Shown: one piece after another, positions 60,501 through 64,000 of the stretch
How the letters are laid out: each line of letters opens with the position of its first letter
How positions within the stretch are numbered: position 1 is the first letter of the stretch
From: Podarcis liolepis
Lineage: Eukaryota
Assembly: GCA_965112155.1 (NCBI GenBank)
Contig: OZ218103.1
Strand: one strand, 5' to 3'
DNA length: 64,000 bases
Position numbers and translations under genes: made by a program
Notes under the pieces: model-generated
What the model saw: the letters and a program-made list of their open reading frames with translations, nothing else
Told to the model about the DNA's origin: nothing
The model's database searches: none

Positions 60501-63404
60501 CCAATTGCAGAATGCTGCTTGATGTCATGCCTTGATATGATATTTAAGGAAAGCACTTGTCCTCTTCATGGTAGATTTGATGTTGACCTTCTAAGAAATT
60601 TGGGTGAGCTCTGAAACTTGTACACACAGTTGTACCTTCATGCATAATCCCTTTTCTTTGTGCTATATGGAACATATGTTTTGCAAAGCTCCCTCCACCT
60701 ACCCAGTTTTGCCCATTTTCCTGTGATGATGTAATTCTCTTAGTGCAATGTTTTTGTCCTTACATCTGTGGAATTCTCCAGTATAGCCTTTTTGGCTTTG
60801 ACTGTCCCAGTAACTCATAGTTTGCTTTTTGCTGCTGATAGAACTTAGGCATCATCAGTTTCTGTTGTTCCTGTGATTAAATGCCTGACTAGTCATAAGA
60901 GTGATATAAACGTTATAAAAGTTTTATGCTTTCCCTGACCTTAATCTATTGCTGCTGAAATACTTGTATACTCATTCAATGTTCCCTTGCAGAACAGCAA
61001 ATATGGGATTTCTCTGGGAAGTTTTAGCCACAGTCAGTTGTTAGTTCTGGATAACATTTTGGCAGCTAACGTCCTCCAAAAAGGGAAGCGAAGGGTAGTC
61101 CTGTAATTCACACAGAAAACTCAGAATATAACCTGAAGGGGTTAAATTCTAAAAGCCAGCCAGCGAACAGATACCCTGTTATTTGCTTAACAAGGTTTTT
61201 TGTGTGTGCATATTTCTTTCACAGAGTGTTCTGAGTTCATTTCAAATAATTCTTTCAGCTGCTTCCTGGACTTCCTGTCATGCAAACGGATAAAACAATA
61301 TGACTTGCTAGGTGGGGGAAGAAACCTCAAATAAATTACATAGTAAAGCTATATATGCTATACTTTGGGCTCATGTCCTGGTCCAGTGTTGTGCTGATTC
61401 CAGTATTACTTCTGTAGGCTTGAGAAGGTAGAAGACAGGTGGATGCCATAGAATTCTAGGCTAAGTAGCAGCTGAACATCTTGCAGTAGTTAATACTGTA
61501 GTTAGGTCTGTCAGCAAAACCAGATATGTAAAGATTATGACTTAATCTAACCATAATGGTTGTAAAAAGAAATATCATAATATGTTTTTAAATTAGACAT
61601 TTTCTCTGGAAAGAAAAAGTGGAGATATAGGCAAGTGCCTTATGCACATGTGAAGATTCTTCTAGGCAAAGGATTTTTTTCTAAAGTTGCTTTCTTTTCT
61701 TCCCAGCAATAGAACAAGCTTATTTTTCTGGAGTAAATTCAGCTCTGGTTCTATTCTCAGGTTGTACATAGGCAGTAGATCTGCCCTTAGCAGTCCAGGA
61801 TGCTTAAAAGTACACAAATCTCCTTCTATTCAGATATCATCAGATAGGAGCTTTTTGGGTTAACGATACAAGACCACAAGAGGCAAATCAGATTTGACCT
61901 TACATGAACTATCGGTCTGTACTGTACGAACAGCAATATTACTGGATGCGGTTTTGGTTTGGGAGGCGCTCACACACCAACAGCAATTTATATCTGTTCA
62001 CATAATGGTTTATTCTGCCCTTTGTCCTCTGTACATCTGTGACTTTTCCAAGACAATTGGCAAAGTGTTGTTAAGAACAGATGTTAAGAAATTGTTCATC
62101 TGTTATCTGTAAACCCCACTAGTCAGTGCTTTCAGGAGTGTTTCATCTAGGGGTTTGAACTATTTGCTGGGAACAGAGATACACATAACTTAAAACAATG
62201 AGCCTTGTTTGATTGATGAATAGTTAGCCTTTGATTACGAGTATGCTTTAAAAATTGGATATGGCAAGGAGTCAGGCACACGGTCATTTATACAACATTC
62301 CTGAAAACAAATGCTGTGTTTGTGGAAGGAGAGAATGATAAATAAGTGGTAGAGCTGTTGGGAAAAGAAGAACTCTACCTAGTTACTATTAGCCATAGAA
62401 AGATTTTAATATGTTTCTCACAGTCATTGAAATCATGGTCATCCCTACAATCTGAAAACAAAGCACAATGCTAAACGGATATGTAAAGTTTTATTTTTGG
62501 CATACATCTCCATGGATGTTAAATGTGGATCGCAGCAGGTTACCACAATTCACAGTATCTTTTAAAATAGGGTATTTCTTTGAACTTCTTTCCTGTTGAA
62601 TATTTATTTGACTGTAATTTAAGCATGTGATAATTTTCACAGAACATTTTCCTAGTCCACCTAGTCCTAATATCCCATTTCAGGTCATAGCTCTATTGGG
62701 CCTGGGGATGCAAATGCTTGGATGATCGATTGCCAGTCATTCATATCCAGCTTCAAGCAAAAGTTGAATTAAACATTTTTATCTTTTTCCTTAAGCATCT
62801 TAGCTAGTGCTCATTTATGACTCTTTTCTATCCTGATCTGTTTAGTGTGCGTATGTTCTTTTCATTTGACTTTAAAATATCTGGCTGTTGATTTCATGTC
62901 CAGTTGCATAGCTCCTTTATTTTGGGAACAGCAGAAAACAAAAACAGAAACCCTTCTTTGTTCTCTACTTGCTATGCTGGAGGCTTCAATACCCACTTTC
63001 AGTACTGTCAGACTCAGAGTGGCTGACCTAATATTCTCTGCCTGCCAGTAGCCTCAAGGGACTGTTCTATCAGCCCAGGAATGCCAGGGCAGTGGGATCT
63101 TCCTCCTGGCCTAGATGCCTTGTGCTTTTTAGCCAGAGAGACAGTGGCTGAGTGCCACAGGGATTTCCCTTTTACTTGGAACTGCAAAGTAGGAAGCCGC
63201 AGCAAGCCATAATAGAACTGAAGCTCAACAGATAAGCAGCAGCTACTCTTACGGCAATGAAGACAGTTCAGATGAGGCACAGCCAATGGACTATTGGTGT
63301 ACTTTTCTACTAGTAGAAACCTTGATCCTCACTGGATAAAACTAGTACCATTTCCTTAAAGAAATTCTAGTTACTGTAGTTTGTCACTTACAAATTCAGT
63401 TCTT

Positions 63405-63572
63405 CTTCTTCCCCTCATCCTTTTAATTCCCTACAACAACCCTGTGAGGTAAGCTAGGCTAAGAGCCAGTGAGTGTCCCAAAGATACCCAGTAAGCTTCA
63501 TGGCCAAGAGAGGATTCAGACCTTCGTTTCCCAGGTCCTGGTTCAACACTCTAACCACTACACCACACTGCC
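63405..63572 (-). mobile_element. MIR/CORE-like SINE
   Basis: CCTACAACAACCCTGTGAGGTAAGCTAGGCT...CCCAGTAAGCTTCATGGC...CACTCTAACCACTACACCACACTG. Confidence 0.85.
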
Positions 63573-63955
63573 AAACATTGTATGAAGCCAGCTAATAATT
63601 GACTACAGAGTATTATTGAGATTGTAGTTGTTATTATGCACAATCGTTTCAAAGTTCTATCTGCCTGCACTTCAGATATCTAAAAACTAAATTGCTAAAC
63701 ACCATACAAAAAATAAAACCATCATTTTTGTTGCCAAAGTGTATCATATTCAGGAAAGAGGAAAACAATAAAAGATACAATTAATTTACTCCATGTTAAG
63801 GTTCCCCAGTGGGGCCCATTTACAGAATCTCTTAATACACACCATTTACAAACTTGAAATGGTTCTGAGCACACAATCTGGGTAAAGGCTATGTTTTCCT
63901 CTCACTTTTAATGTTAATGTGAACATAATTGTAGGCCAACTTCCCAGAGCAAATA

Positions 63956-64000
63956 CAGTGGTACCTCAGGTTAAGAACTTAATTTGTTCTAGAGGTCCAT
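63956..64000 (+). mobile_element. Tc1/mariner (Tigger-like) MITE, copy 5, cut by the window edge
   Basis: TA|CAGTGGTACCTCAGGTTAAGAACTTAATTTGTTCTAGAGGTCC. Confidence 0.9.

Noticed and set aside
1-64000. Conserved miRNA, snoRNA, snRNA or hammerhead ribozyme
   Set aside because: None recognised by eye; the hairpins seen are explained by MITEs. An Infernal/Rfam scan would be decisive

Overview
Repeat-rich, essentially non-coding vertebrate DNA, almost certainly from a squamate and probably a lacertid lizard. It carries a near-intact Sauria/Squam1 SINE, tRNA-CR1 SINEs, CR1 and L2 LINE remnants, MIR-like SINEs, Penelope-like remnants, a probable solo LTR and many short TA- or 8-bp-TSD MITEs. I found no credible protein-coding exon. 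The supplied ORFs are chance ORFs, ORFs spanning the N gap, or LINE fragments. By eye the + strand is T>A and G>C biased, which suggests the window lies inside one very large intron of a + strand host gene. The best non-repeat signal is a candidate minus-strand promoter and non-coding first exon at about 49.1-49.8 kb. It has a TATA box, an Inr, three clustered splice donors, and YY1, CArG-like, CCAAT and M-box motifs, so it may belong to a nested antisense gene. Several TE-free, motif-dense blocks look like enhancers (about 14.9, 19.0-19.4, 34.1-34.8, 48.1-48.6 and 55.3 kb). There is a 260-nt assembly gap at 41360-41619. Family names come from recalled consensus features, not from database searches, and the boundaries of degenerate repeats are approximate.
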